In this document: positions 1 to 7,897 of the stretch, piece by piece | Layout of the letters: the number at the start of each line of letters is the position of its first letter | How positions within the stretch are numbered: the stretch's first letter is position 1 | Virus record (IMG/VR): IMGVR_UViG_3300020123_000428 | From: an uncultured virus (IMG/VR IMGVR_UViG_3300020123_000428) | Lineage: Duplodnaviria; Heunggongvirae; Uroviricota; Caudoviricetes | DNA length: 20,000 bases | Reading direction: 5' to 3' (one strand) | Notes under the pieces: model-generated | What the model was told of the DNA's origin: nothing | Databases searched by the model: none | What the model saw: the letters and a program-made list of their open reading frames with translations, nothing else | Translations under genes and position numbers: made by a program

Positions 1-435
1 CTCCATCAGGTCCCGCGCGTCCTCGGGGAGTTCGCTCATGCCGCCGACGCGCTCGGCCGAGTCTCGCCACAGCAGGTACACGCGCCGGTTGTCGTGAAAC
101 TCGCCAGTGTCCTTGACCACGTGGTAGTGGACGCAGATCGGCGCCACGAGCTGGTTGGCCAGAGTGGCCGCGAACTCGGCCTCGGTGTGGTCGGTGGTGA
201 TCTTCAGGACCACCGCCGGATCCAGCGTGGGGATCACGCAGCCGTACGCGCCGCAGCCGTACTCCTTGACCGCGGCGACCACGCGACTCCCGCGGGCGAC
301 CGGGCGGACGTCCATGAGCCGCGGCAGCCATCGCGACGGCATCGAGTCCTCGAGATCCTCGTAGACCCGGCCGATGATCTCCGCCACCCAGGGCGGGTTC
401 TGGACGAAGGCGTCGGGTGACGGGCGCGCGCGCAT
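1..435 (-). CDS. Protein kinase-like protein, N-terminal part (3' end runs off the window)
   Basis: Manual translation from ATG at 435 is open to position 1 (145 codons): MRARPSPDAF...KEYGCGAYGCVIPTLDPAVVLKITTDHTEAEF...RRVYLLWRDS. It shows a GxGxxGxV Gly-rich loop, the VxxK lysine and a helix-C-like Glu. Catalytic loop/DFG not visible in the window. Confidence 0.75.
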   Translation of the reverse strand, partial: MRARPSPDAFVQNPPWVAEIIGRVYEDLEDSMPSRWLPRLMDVRPVARGSRVVAAVKEYGCGAYGCVIPTLDPAVVLKITTDHTEAEFAATLANQLVAPICVHYHVVKDTGEFHDNRRVYLLWRDSAERVGGMSELPEDARDLME

Positions 436-457
436 GGTGGTATCTTACGAGGGATTC
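436..457. promoter_or_regulatory. Putative bidirectional promoter with overlapping -10 elements
   Basis: Plus strand TG-G-TATCTT (-10 at 441-446) and minus strand TAAGAT (447-442); predicted starts ~453 and 435, the latter being the A of the kinase ATG (leaderless). Confidence 0.5.
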
Positions 458-1321
458 ATGGAGATCTCCGAGAAGAACCTGTCGGGGTTCCGCGACTGGC
501 TCCGGGGGCGCGGGCGGACCGAGGGGACGGCCGAGACCTACTGCATGAACCTCCGCACCTGTGGCGCCGACCCCAAGGGGCTGACCCACCGCCTGATCGC
601 CGGCGACCTCGCCCCGACCACGCTGCGCTGTAACCTCGCGTCCCTCCGAGCCTGGGCGCTGTACGCCAAGGACGGCACCCTGTCCCAGACCCTGGCCGAC
701 CTGCGCCTCCCGCCGCCGCGCCGCATGAAGTCCCGTGATCCGCTGGATCGCGAGGACTGGAAGCGGATAGTGCGCCACCTCCAGACCTGCGACATGACCA
801 ACGAGGCCATGCGTCAGATCCTGCTCATCATGGCGCTCCGGGGCCTCAGGTCCGGCGACGTTCTGCGGCTCCGCCGCGCCGAGGTCGTCCGCGCCGTTGC
901 CAGCGGCAAGCTCTCCTACGAGGGCAAAGGCAGGAAGCGCATCGAGCTCTCGGCGGCGCCGATCCGGGGGCCGCTCGAGGCGCTCGCGCAGATGCGCGGC
1001 TGGGACCGCGTGCGTGACCTCCTCGGAACCGCTCGCTCCGGCGAGACGCTTGCATCGTCGGCGCTGCGCAAGAAGGTGTGGCGTGCCGCGATCCGCACCG
1101 GCGCCGCGGCCGGCATCGACGAGATGAACCCGCACCGCTACCGGCACACGTTCGCGACGCAGTACCTGGCCCAGCTCGCTGGCGACCCCAATAGCATCGT
1201 GAAGCTGCAGCGGTACATGCACTGGGAGTCGATGGGGACCGCGGCGCGGTACGTCGACCACGTGTCCCGCGAGCAACTCGATAAGGTGGGCGACGACATG
1301 GTGTCCGACCTCCTGACCTGA
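458..1321 (+). CDS. Tyrosine recombinase (XerC/Cre-like, ~287 aa)
   Basis: Catalytic motifs GLRSGD (R), GKGRKR (K), PHRYRH (HxxR), YMHWESMGTAARY (W/Y). ATG 458 is preferred because upstream starts would overlap the divergent kinase gene. Confidence 0.93.
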   Translation: MEISEKNLSGFRDWLRGRGRTEGTAETYCMNLRTCGADPKGLTHRLIAGDLAPTTLRCNLASLRAWALYAKDGTLSQTLADLRLPPPRRMKSRDPLDREDWKRIVRHLQTCDMTNEAMRQILLIMALRGLRSGDVLRLRRAEVVRAVASGKLSYEGKGRKRIELSAAPIRGPLEALAQMRGWDRVRDLLGTARSGETLASSALRKKVWRAAIRTGAAAGIDEMNPHRYRHTFATQYLAQLAGDPNSIVKLQRYMHWESMGTAARYVDHVSREQLDKVGDDMVSDLLT

Positions 1322-1383
1322 CCCCGGCCATTGCAGGGGGCTATCCACGGGCGCGCGGTCGCTGATAGCATCAGCGCCAGCCC

Positions 1384-3147
1384 ATGCCAGACAAACTCTA
1401 CGCCATCCTCGAGTTCACCGGAATTCCCGTCGATGGCACGCAGACGCTGCCCCACGGCCTGACGATCAACGGCCAAGTGCTGGTGCCGGACTTTGTGTCC
1501 CCGCAGTACCCGGGGACGTTCGAGGTGACCAGCACGACGACCTCGGGCATCACGCTCCACAACGTCTCGAGCGCCAGTGGCAACTGCTTGGTCTGGTGCT
1601 ACGCGATCCACCCGGTGGCCCGATCGTTCGGGGCACCGCCCGACGATGGGAACATCCACCAGCATCTGACGCCCCAGCCGTTCGTGCTGGGGTCGCCGAA
1701 TGTCCCGGCGGGATCCTTTGATCAGTTCAACGTGAAGAACTTCGGCGCCATCGGCGACGGGGTGCACGACGACACCGGAGCCATCAACCGCGCGATGGCG
1801 GCGGCGGCGCTCGTCCAGCTCAGCGGGGCGTTCGGGGCCATGGTGTTCTTCCCGAAGGGGGTCTACAGCGTGAGCGCGCCGGTGCAGGTACCAGACGGCG
1901 TGGGGTTACAGGGCGTGGGGACGCCGGGCTCGGTCATCCGCGCGTCGGCGACGTTCAATGGGACGGCGCTGGTCCAGAACCTCCATCAGGACGGCACGCA
2001 GGAGTTCATGTTCGTCGAGGGGCTCACGCTCGACGGCAACCATGCGGCGGGGGCGGTGTGCAGCACCGCGGTGCTGGACATCGTGTCGATCTTCGTGAAC
2101 TCGTTCGTCCGCGACGTCGAGATCCTGAACGGCAGCAGCGTCGGCTTGCACGTGGGCGCTCTCCGCGCGATGGGGCCGATCCTGTTCGACAACATCTGGG
2201 TGGCGAACAACCTGGGCGACGGCATCTGGTGCCAGGAGATGCCCGGGAACGTCGGCGCCTGCGACGGGCTGCTGTTTCTCCACACCGCGAGCGAGCACCA
2301 GGGGTCCAACCACGTGGCGCTGCGTCTCACGGGGCTGGGGAGCGCATCGGGCTGGTCCTTCATCAACCTCCACATCGAGCAGGGCCAGATCGGGGCCACG
2401 TCGCAGACGTGCATCGTGCTGGATGGTGTGCCGGACGTGTTCTTCGACAACGTGCAGCTGCTGACCGGCAACGCGCCGCAGACGACGGGAATCGTGATCA
2501 CGAACGCGGTCCAGAACGTCCGGTACCAGTTCCGTGGGATCGAGAATGCGAACCTCATCAACCCGGTGATCAGCGATCTGAAGAACAGCGTCACGTGGGG
2601 CGCGATCGGCGCGATTCCGTGGTACGTGGCCCCGGACGTGGTCATGCGCGGTGGCCTACGGTTTCTGCCGGCCGCCACATCTGGATCCAAGAGTGTCGCG
2701 TTTCAGAATGCCGGAGGGACCGACGCCGCGTGGTTCGATGATCAGGGCATGCTGATCGGCAACAGCCTCGATGGGGCGCTGGATGTCGCGGCGAACAGTG
2801 CCGACGGGGCGACGGGTCGGGTGATGACGTGGTTTAACCATGCGCAGAACCGCGGGTTTGGTTTTTACTTTCCCGACGGGAACTTCTTCACATTCAGGTA
2901 TGTCACCGGCGGAACCGATGTCTTCGACATCGACAACAGCGGGTTCATGCGTGTGTTGACGCTGCTGACGATCGTCGGGGCGCTGAAGGGGACCGCGACC
3001 CACACGGCGCCGCCCAGCACCGGTGCGCACGGGGTGGGCGAGATCGTCTTCAACGCCGATCCGATCGCGGGCGGTTTCATCGGATGGGTCTGCGTCACGG
3101 CAGGAACGCCAGGAACCTGGAAAACCTGGGGCGTCATCAGTCCGTAG
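1384..3147 (+). CDS. Spike / receptor-binding protein with pectate-lyase-like right-handed beta-helix (putative depolymerase)
   Basis: FNVKNFGAIGDGVHDDTGAINRA...VFFPKGVY beta-helix cap motif, Asn/Gly-rich beta repeats, and C-terminal GEIVFNADP..GWVCVTAGTPGTWKTWG typical of phage spikes. Confidence 0.85.
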   Translation: MPDKLYAILEFTGIPVDGTQTLPHGLTINGQVLVPDFVSPQYPGTFEVTSTTTSGITLHNVSSASGNCLVWCYAIHPVARSFGAPPDDGNIHQHLTPQPFVLGSPNVPAGSFDQFNVKNFGAIGDGVHDDTGAINRAMAAAALVQLSGAFGAMVFFPKGVYSVSAPVQVPDGVGLQGVGTPGSVIRASATFNGTALVQNLHQDGTQEFMFVEGLTLDGNHAAGAVCSTAVLDIVSIFVNSFVRDVEILNGSSVGLHVGALRAMGPILFDNIWVANNLGDGIWCQEMPGNVGACDGLLFLHTASEHQGSNHVALRLTGLGSASGWSFINLHIEQGQIGATSQTCIVLDGVPDVFFDNVQLLTGNAPQTTGIVITNAVQNVRYQFRGIENANLINPVISDLKNSVTWGAIGAIPWYVAPDVVMRGGLRFLPAATSGSKSVAFQNAGGTDAAWFDDQGMLIGNSLDGALDVAANSADGATGRVMTWFNHAQNRGFGFYFPDGNFFTFRYVTGGTDVFDIDNSGFMRVLTLLTIVGALKGTATHTAPPSTGAHGVGEIVFNADPIAGGFIGWVCVTAGTPGTWKTWGVISP

Positions 3148-3158
3148 CGTCCGAACGC

Positions 3159-3262
3159 GTCTCCGACGCCAAGCTGGGTAACCTCAAACAGGCGACGTCT
3201 CGGTTTTCACCGAGCCCAAACCAACTAACCACTGTCGGCACGACGTCTCGGCACGGCCGAGC
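3159..3262 (+). repeat. Hairpin cluster A (GT-CTCGG-loop-CCGAG-C)
   Basis: GTCTCGG-TTTTCA-CCGAGC (3197-3215), GTCTCGG-CACGG-CCGAGC (3245-3262), half-site GTCTCC at 3159. Confidence 0.8.
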
Positions 3263-3365
3263 ACTACCAGTAGCGTCATCCTACCGGGAGATCCCACACA
3301 AGTGGTGGATCATCGGATGTGGATTGCGTACGCTGTGTGGGATGGCACCCACAAGATCCGTGATC

Positions 3366-3695
3366 ATGAACGACGATGCGCCGCCGGCGATGGCGCCGGG
3401 CTCCCAGGCGGGGTACGTGGACATCGACCGGCTGGCGAACTCGGACCGCATCGTGGCGGTGTTCAGCCAGCGGCGGTGGGACGGAGAGATCACCTTCGCG
3501 ATCTTCCGCGAGTTCGACAAGTTCGAGCGCGGACAGGTCGTGGTGAGCCGTACGGGGTTCATCCCGGCGTCGCTGTCCGAGTCGTACCAGTCCCATGTGC
3601 AGCTCGCGATCGCTCACATCGGGACGCTGGCGCAACGTCGGCGCGAGCGGAAACTGCCCTTCCCCGAGGGCGGTGAGCAGCGAGGGCGGCGGTGA
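3366..3695 (+). CDS. Hypothetical protein (~109 aa; beta-sheet plus C-terminal helix)
   Basis: 3' part of ORF 3084..3695, protein-like composition, stop overlaps the endolysin start (GTGA). Start could be 3342 or 3366. Confidence 0.65.
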   Translation: MNDDAPPAMAPGSQAGYVDIDRLANSDRIVAVFSQRRWDGEITFAIFREFDKFERGQVVVSRTGFIPASLSESYQSHVQLAIAHIGTLAQRRRERKLPFPEGGEQRGRR

Positions 3696-4564
3696 TCGTC
3701 GGGGTGGACTACGCGTCGGTCGATGGCAACGCGCCGCCGGACTGGGACGTGTTCCAGGCGGCGTGCTCGAGCAGCGGATCGTCGGCCGGCATCGCGATCT
3801 TCCGCGGCGCATACGGCGCGAGCCCGGACGCTACGGTGCTCCGTGACTGGAGGCGCGCGCAGGCGGCGGGCCTCGTCACCGGCGCCTACCTGTTCCTGCG
3901 CAGTTCGCAGCCGGTGGTCGATCAGGTGCACGCGTTCGCCGACAACGTCGGCGTGCTGACCGCCCGGGATCTGGTGCCCATCCTGGATGTCGAGGACCAG
4001 TGGCCCGGTGGCCCCGAGGCCGAGCTCGAGGCAGTGCACGAGGCGTGGACGGCCATGAAGGGCATCTACGGCGCGCCGCCGATGATCTACGACTCCGGCC
4101 GGGTCTGGCTCGAGGATCTCCACAGCCTCCCCGCCGGCGAGATGCTGGACTCGGCGCAATGGGTCGCCAAGCCGTGGCCGTGGGCGGTCCACAAGCCCGC
4201 GATGCTGTCGCCGGGGCCGTTCCAGGGGACGACCTATGATCCGGTCGTGCCGGCGCCGTGGGGGCCCGGCAACTGGTGGCTGCACCAGTACCAGGGCGAC
4301 GCGCACCCGGTGCCAGGGTTCACCAACACGGTGGACCTGTCGCGGTTCCACCTGATGCAGTACGGCGAGACCGGCGCGCGCGTGCGGTGGGTGCAGACCC
4401 GCCTGGGCATGCCGGTCACCGGCATCTTCGACAGCGCGATGGGGACCCGCGTACGCGCGTTCCAGACCGCGCACGGCCTGGTCGCGGACGCCGTAATCGG
4501 CCCCCGGACGTTCGTGCTGATCGCGTGGGCCACGCCCATCACGAGCTCGCCCCGCGCGGCATGA
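3692..4564 (+). CDS. Endolysin: GH25 muramidase plus C-terminal peptidoglycan-binding domain
   Basis: GVDYAS N-terminal Asp, GAYLF, ILDVE (DxE), WLHQY, VDLS; PG-binding pattern G..VRWVQTRLG..TGIFD....VRAFQTAHGLVADAVIGPRT. Confidence 0.9.
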   Translation: MIVGVDYASVDGNAPPDWDVFQAACSSSGSSAGIAIFRGAYGASPDATVLRDWRRAQAAGLVTGAYLFLRSSQPVVDQVHAFADNVGVLTARDLVPILDVEDQWPGGPEAELEAVHEAWTAMKGIYGAPPMIYDSGRVWLEDLHSLPAGEMLDSAQWVAKPWPWAVHKPAMLSPGPFQGTTYDPVVPAPWGPGNWWLHQYQGDAHPVPGFTNTVDLSRFHLMQYGETGARVRWVQTRLGMPVTGIFDSAMGTRVRAFQTAHGLVADAVIGPRTFVLIAWATPITSSPRAA

Positions 4565-5163
4565 CCTGCATCGCCCCGCGGGCACCCGGCGATCGCGCGC
4601 GCTGCGGTCAGCCCCGTGAGCCCGGGAGCCTGTTCTGCCGCGGCCACGAGCGGGCGCCGGCCGCGCAGCGGGGCGGCTGGTTGTCCGCCGAGCGGCGCCG
4701 GCGCAAGATAGCCTCGGAGCAACCCATGGACGCCTCGAACGTGGCCACACGGCTCTGGATCGGCGCCCGCCCGCCGGCCGACGTCGATCTACCCGATATC
4801 GACGTGCTGGTCTTGTGCGCGGAGGAGATCCAGCCCGAGCGCATGGCGTTCCACGGGCGGATCATCCGCTGCCCGCTGCCGGACGCCGCCCTGAACACGC
4901 CGCAGGCCGCGCGCGCGGTCCTGGCCGGTCAGGCGGTCGCCGAGGCACTGGCGACCGGCCAGCGCGTGCTGGTGACCTGCGCGATGGGGATCAACCGATC
5001 CTCGCTGGTCGCTGGCCTGGCGCTGGCGCGCGTCACCCGGATGGGCTGGTCGGAGATCGTCTCCCTGATCCGCGCCCACCGCCACCCGCTGGCGCTGAGC
5101 AACCCGCACTTCCTGCACCTCTTGCGGCAGGTCGCGCGGGACGGTCGCGCGCCGATCCGCTGA
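4561..5163 (+). CDS. Dual-specificity / tyrosine protein phosphatase with N-terminal CCCH finger
   Basis: VLVTCAMGINRS (CX5R P-loop), LWIG, PLPD acid loop, SNPHF; ATG 4561 overlaps the endolysin stop (ATGA). Confidence 0.88.
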   Translation: MTCIAPRAPGDRARCGQPREPGSLFCRGHERAPAAQRGGWLSAERRRRKIASEQPMDASNVATRLWIGARPPADVDLPDIDVLVLCAEEIQPERMAFHGRIIRCPLPDAALNTPQAARAVLAGQAVAEALATGQRVLVTCAMGINRSSLVAGLALARVTRMGWSEIVSLIRAHRHPLALSNPHFLHLLRQVARDGRAPIR

Positions 5164-5221
5164 TGTCATCTCCAGTCTGTGGAGACCGCCACAGCGCGTC
5201 TGGGTGATCCATGCACCTCAA

Positions 5222-5377
5222 GTCTCGGGGACGATCCCAGTTCCCGTCTCGGCACCCCGAGCAGTGTCTCATCGGTGTCGTGTCACGTCCCGGTCGTCGG
5301 GCTCGTCTAGAACAGATTCGCAGGCGTCTCGGTCATGGTCTCGGTTCGCACGATTCTTACGTCTCGGTAGACCGAGC
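5222..5377 (+). repeat. Hairpin cluster B (in the convergent intergenic region)
   Basis: GTCTCGG-CACC-CCGAGC (5246-5262), GTCCCGG-TCG-TCGGGC (5287-5302), GTCTCGG-TAGA-CCGAGC (5361-5377); further GTCTC at 5222, 5266, 5326, 5338. Confidence 0.8.
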
Positions 5378-5426
5378 AACTCTCACGTTCCATGTAGCTG
5401 ATGTCTACCAGCGCGGGTAGCCGGCC

Positions 5427-5780
5427 TCAGAAGCCGATGATGGTGTTGTAGCTCGCCAGGAGCGTCAGCGCCTGGGTGTTCGAGATGGCGCCGGTGCCCT
5501 GGAGAAAACTCGCCATCCAGCACAGCCGGTACACCGCCTCCGCGGCGTCCGTGAGCTGGGTGATCGGTGGCACCCCGGTGGGCATCACCTGACCCAGCGC
5601 CGCGATGATCACCAGCCAGTTGCTCACCGGGTGGCTCGCCTGGATCTGCTGCGGGAACAGATCCAGGTTGGCGGACCAGAAGTTGATGAGGGTGTTCTTG
5701 AGCTGGCTCGACAGCCAGCGGACCTGCAGGTTGTCGAACGCCTGGCCGGCGGCTTGCGCCAGTGATGTCGCGGTCGCCAT
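5427..5780 (-). CDS. Hypothetical protein (117 aa), putative virion/membrane-associated
   Basis: Clean ORF at the end of the minus-strand operon, hydrophobic helical stretches. Confidence 0.75.
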   Translation of the reverse strand: MATATSLAQAAGQAFDNLQVRWLSSQLKNTLINFWSANLDLFPQQIQASHPVSNWLVIIAALGQVMPTGVPPITQLTDAAEAVYRLCWMASFLQGTGAISNTQALTLLASYNTIIGF

Positions 5781-5784
5781 CGGT

Positions 5785-6567
5785 TCACCCCTGATCCTGA
5801 TCGGACATCACGATCCGGAGCGGCGCCGGACCGGCGTTGGTCACGCTGAAGATCAGCGCGTCGAACGTGCCCTGGTTCTTTGCCGTGATGATCTGCGTGA
5901 CCGAGTTCCCCGAGGTCACCGTGGCCGCCGCGTGGATCACCGTCTCCTGGTGGTACGGGTTCGGGGAGCCATCCTGGGTGATGGCGTAGTTGACCGCCGA
6001 GATCCCGTAGGTGGTCGGGTCGGTCGCGTTGCGGTTGGTGAACTGGGTGAAGCAATACTTCCGGCCGTAGTACGGCACGACGATGTACAGCGTCCCGGTG
6101 ATCACCGAGTAGTCCTGGAACACGAACGACTTGTCCTGGCGCGCCGGGCCCAGCGACGGCGGCGAGATGAAATACTCGAGCACGTCCAGGCGCGGCGCCA
6201 CGAACTCGATCTTGTCGCCGCTCACGAACGCGCGCGGGCGGAAGTTCGGGTCGTAGATGTCGTCCGACCAGAACAGGATCTTGCCGGGCCGACCGGCGGG
6301 CGCGTAGCTCGCCTCGTTGCGCGCGTCCAGGCGCCCGACCAGCGCGCGGTTCGGCGAGATCACCGCGAACTGCATGAACGTGTCCACCTGGTCATCGAAG
6401 TAGGCGACGTTGACGTTGGCGATGTCGGAGTCCGGGCCGACCGCGAACCCCAGGCCCGACTGCGACGACTCGTAGATGTCGCCGGGCGAGGACAGGAGCG
6501 TGTTCAGCCGGAAGAACTGGTATCCGCCGGTCGCGTACTTGTCGGCATCGGGCTGTGGGTACGACAT
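5785..6567 (-). CDS. Putative virion structural protein (260 aa, beta-rich)
   Basis: Strong GC3 bias, alternating hydrophobic beta-strand patterns, purine-rich RBS (AAAGAGG). Confidence 0.75.
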   Translation of the reverse strand: MSYPQPDADKYATGGYQFFRLNTLLSSPGDIYESSQSGLGFAVGPDSDIANVNVAYFDDQVDTFMQFAVISPNRALVGRLDARNEASYAPAGRPGKILFWSDDIYDPNFRPRAFVSGDKIEFVAPRLDVLEYFISPPSLGPARQDKSFVFQDYSVITGTLYIVVPYYGRKYCFTQFTNRNATDPTTYGISAVNYAITQDGSPNPYHQETVIHAAATVTSGNSVTQIITAKNQGTFDALIFSVTNAGPAPLRIVMSDQDQG

Positions 6568-6600
6568 GTGCCTCTTTCGTCGCGTCTTGCGGGTGGCAAG

Positions 6601-7083
6601 CTACCGCTTGGTGAGCGCCGACACCACGGCCGGCGCGCCGCGCACGGCGGCCATGAACGAGGTGAACAGGCCCGTGATGGTCTCGAGCCACGGGTAGGGC
6701 TCGACCACGACGCTGATCCGGTTTGCGCCGGTCGCGGCGACGTAGAGCTTGTTGCCCTTGGCGATGTTGAACACGGTGGGCACGCCGGTCTGGAGAAGTT
6801 GGCCCTTGCCCGAGAGCACCGGAGTGAGCTGGCTCGACTCGCCGACCGCCACAGGTCCGGCGGTCTCGAGCGTGAGCGTGACCTTCGCCCACTGGCGATC
6901 GCCGTTGTAGATGATCGGCGTCTCCGCGCCGACCACGGGAACATTGGTGAAGTAGGTCCGGACGTTGACCTTGATCTCCGCGTTGCCGGTCGTGTCGGCG
7001 GGGACCGGCGACTGGGCGACGTTGCGATTAAGCGAGACCGCATGGATCTTGCTGATCTTCCGGGGTGGCACGGGTGGGGTCAT
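6601..7083 (-). CDS. Putative virion protein (160 aa, small beta-sandwich plus amphipathic C-terminal helix)
   Basis: 3' part of ORF 6601..7749 starting MTPPVPP at ATG 7083, which overlaps the upstream stop (ATGA); beta-rich core. Confidence 0.75.
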   Translation of the reverse strand: MTPPVPPRKISKIHAVSLNRNVAQSPVPADTTGNAEIKVNVRTYFTNVPVVGAETPIIYNGDRQWAKVTLTLETAGPVAVGESSQLTPVLSGKGQLLQTGVPTVFNIAKGNKLYVAATGANRISVVVEPYPWLETITGLFTSFMAAVRGAPAVVSALTKR

Positions 7084-7871
7084 GGGCGTCTCGTGTAGAG
7101 GAGGTAGCCCAGAGCGAGACCACCCAGTACGAGCAGCATGGTACCCGAGATCGGCTCCACGAAGAAAGGAGCAACATCGGCCGGCAGGGTGTAGGGGCCG
7201 GCGGGGGGATCCGGGATGATCATGGGCGGTCCCGAGAGCCCGGCGGCGACGGCCTGGCCGATGGCCCACTGCCGATCGATATCGATCACGCGCTTGGCCA
7301 CGGTCGCCGCGCTCTGCGTGCCCAGCGGCGCGCCGCCGGTCTGGCTCACGTAGCGCACGATGTCGTGGTAGACGTCGCCGGTCGTGAGGCCGCCCAGCGC
7401 GGCGCGCGCGTTGGTGGCGAGCTGGTGAGAGCCGGCGCGGCCGACCGCGAACGCGAGGCGCGCGAGCTTCCACGAATCGGCGGTGCCCAGTTTGACCTCG
7501 GGGAAGGCCAGCGACCAGTACACCGCCTCCATCGCGTACTCCAGCGAGCCGATCGCGATGTTCGACTCCGGATCGGTGCGGGCGTCGGCGTCGTAGCCGA
7601 AGAGGGGTGGCACGTACGCGGCAATCTGGAGGTAGCCGACCTCGCCCAGCGATGGGTCCCCGGGCGCGTTGAAGTTGCCGCCGCTCTCGTGGGCGATCGC
7701 GGCCGCGAGGAAGCCGGCCGGCATGCCGCCGTGGTACATGTCGATCCACGGGCCGAGTTGGTCGTAGACGGCCTGAGCGACCGCGACATCGGCGTCGAAG
7801 GTTGGGTCAGTCGCCACCCGGTGTAGTGTATCACCGCCGCCCGCGATAGGCGGCGCCTCGTCTAGGCCCAT
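7080..7871 (-). CDS. Lytic transglycosylase (SLT-like) with C-terminal transmembrane anchor
   Basis: AIAHESGGN (catalytic ES), GYLQI, DPESNIAIG..Y, LAFAVG in place of AYNAG; C-terminal MLLVLGGLALGYLLYTRRP. Confidence 0.8.
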   Translation of the reverse strand: MGLDEAPPIAGGGDTLHRVATDPTFDADVAVAQAVYDQLGPWIDMYHGGMPAGFLAAAIAHESGGNFNAPGDPSLGEVGYLQIAAYVPPLFGYDADARTDPESNIAIGSLEYAMEAVYWSLAFPEVKLGTADSWKLARLAFAVGRAGSHQLATNARAALGGLTTGDVYHDIVRYVSQTGGAPLGTQSAATVAKRVIDIDRQWAIGQAVAAGLSGPPMIIPDPPAGPYTLPADVAPFFVEPISGTMLLVLGGLALGYLLYTRRP

Positions 7872-7897
7872 CGCCTAGCTGCTCTCGGCCCGGCGGG

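Noticed and set aside
374..457. Longer N-terminus for the recombinase
   Set aside because: Overlaps the divergent kinase gene; ATG 458 fits the predicted promoter.
1322..1383. attP/attL or tRNA target beside the recombinase
   Set aside because: Only 62 bp, no tRNA-like sequence and no repeat partner seen in the window.
3614..4750. 378-aa minus-strand ORF and other Arg/Pro-rich overlapping ORFs
   Set aside because: Off-frame or antisense products of GC-rich coding sequence.
5222..5377. GTCTC/CGTCTC/GGTCTC (BsmAI/BsmBI/BsaI sites) as synthetic cloning scars
   Set aside because: Sites are degenerate, co-oriented and paired with CCGAGC arms; no vector features are present.
5211..5420. 69-aa plus-strand ORF
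   Set aside because: Runs through hairpin cluster B, has no RBS and is Arg/Ser-rich; probably non-coding.
5605..7098. 497-aa plus-strand ORF
   Set aside because: Antisense shadow of well-formed minus-strand genes; typical high-GC artefact.
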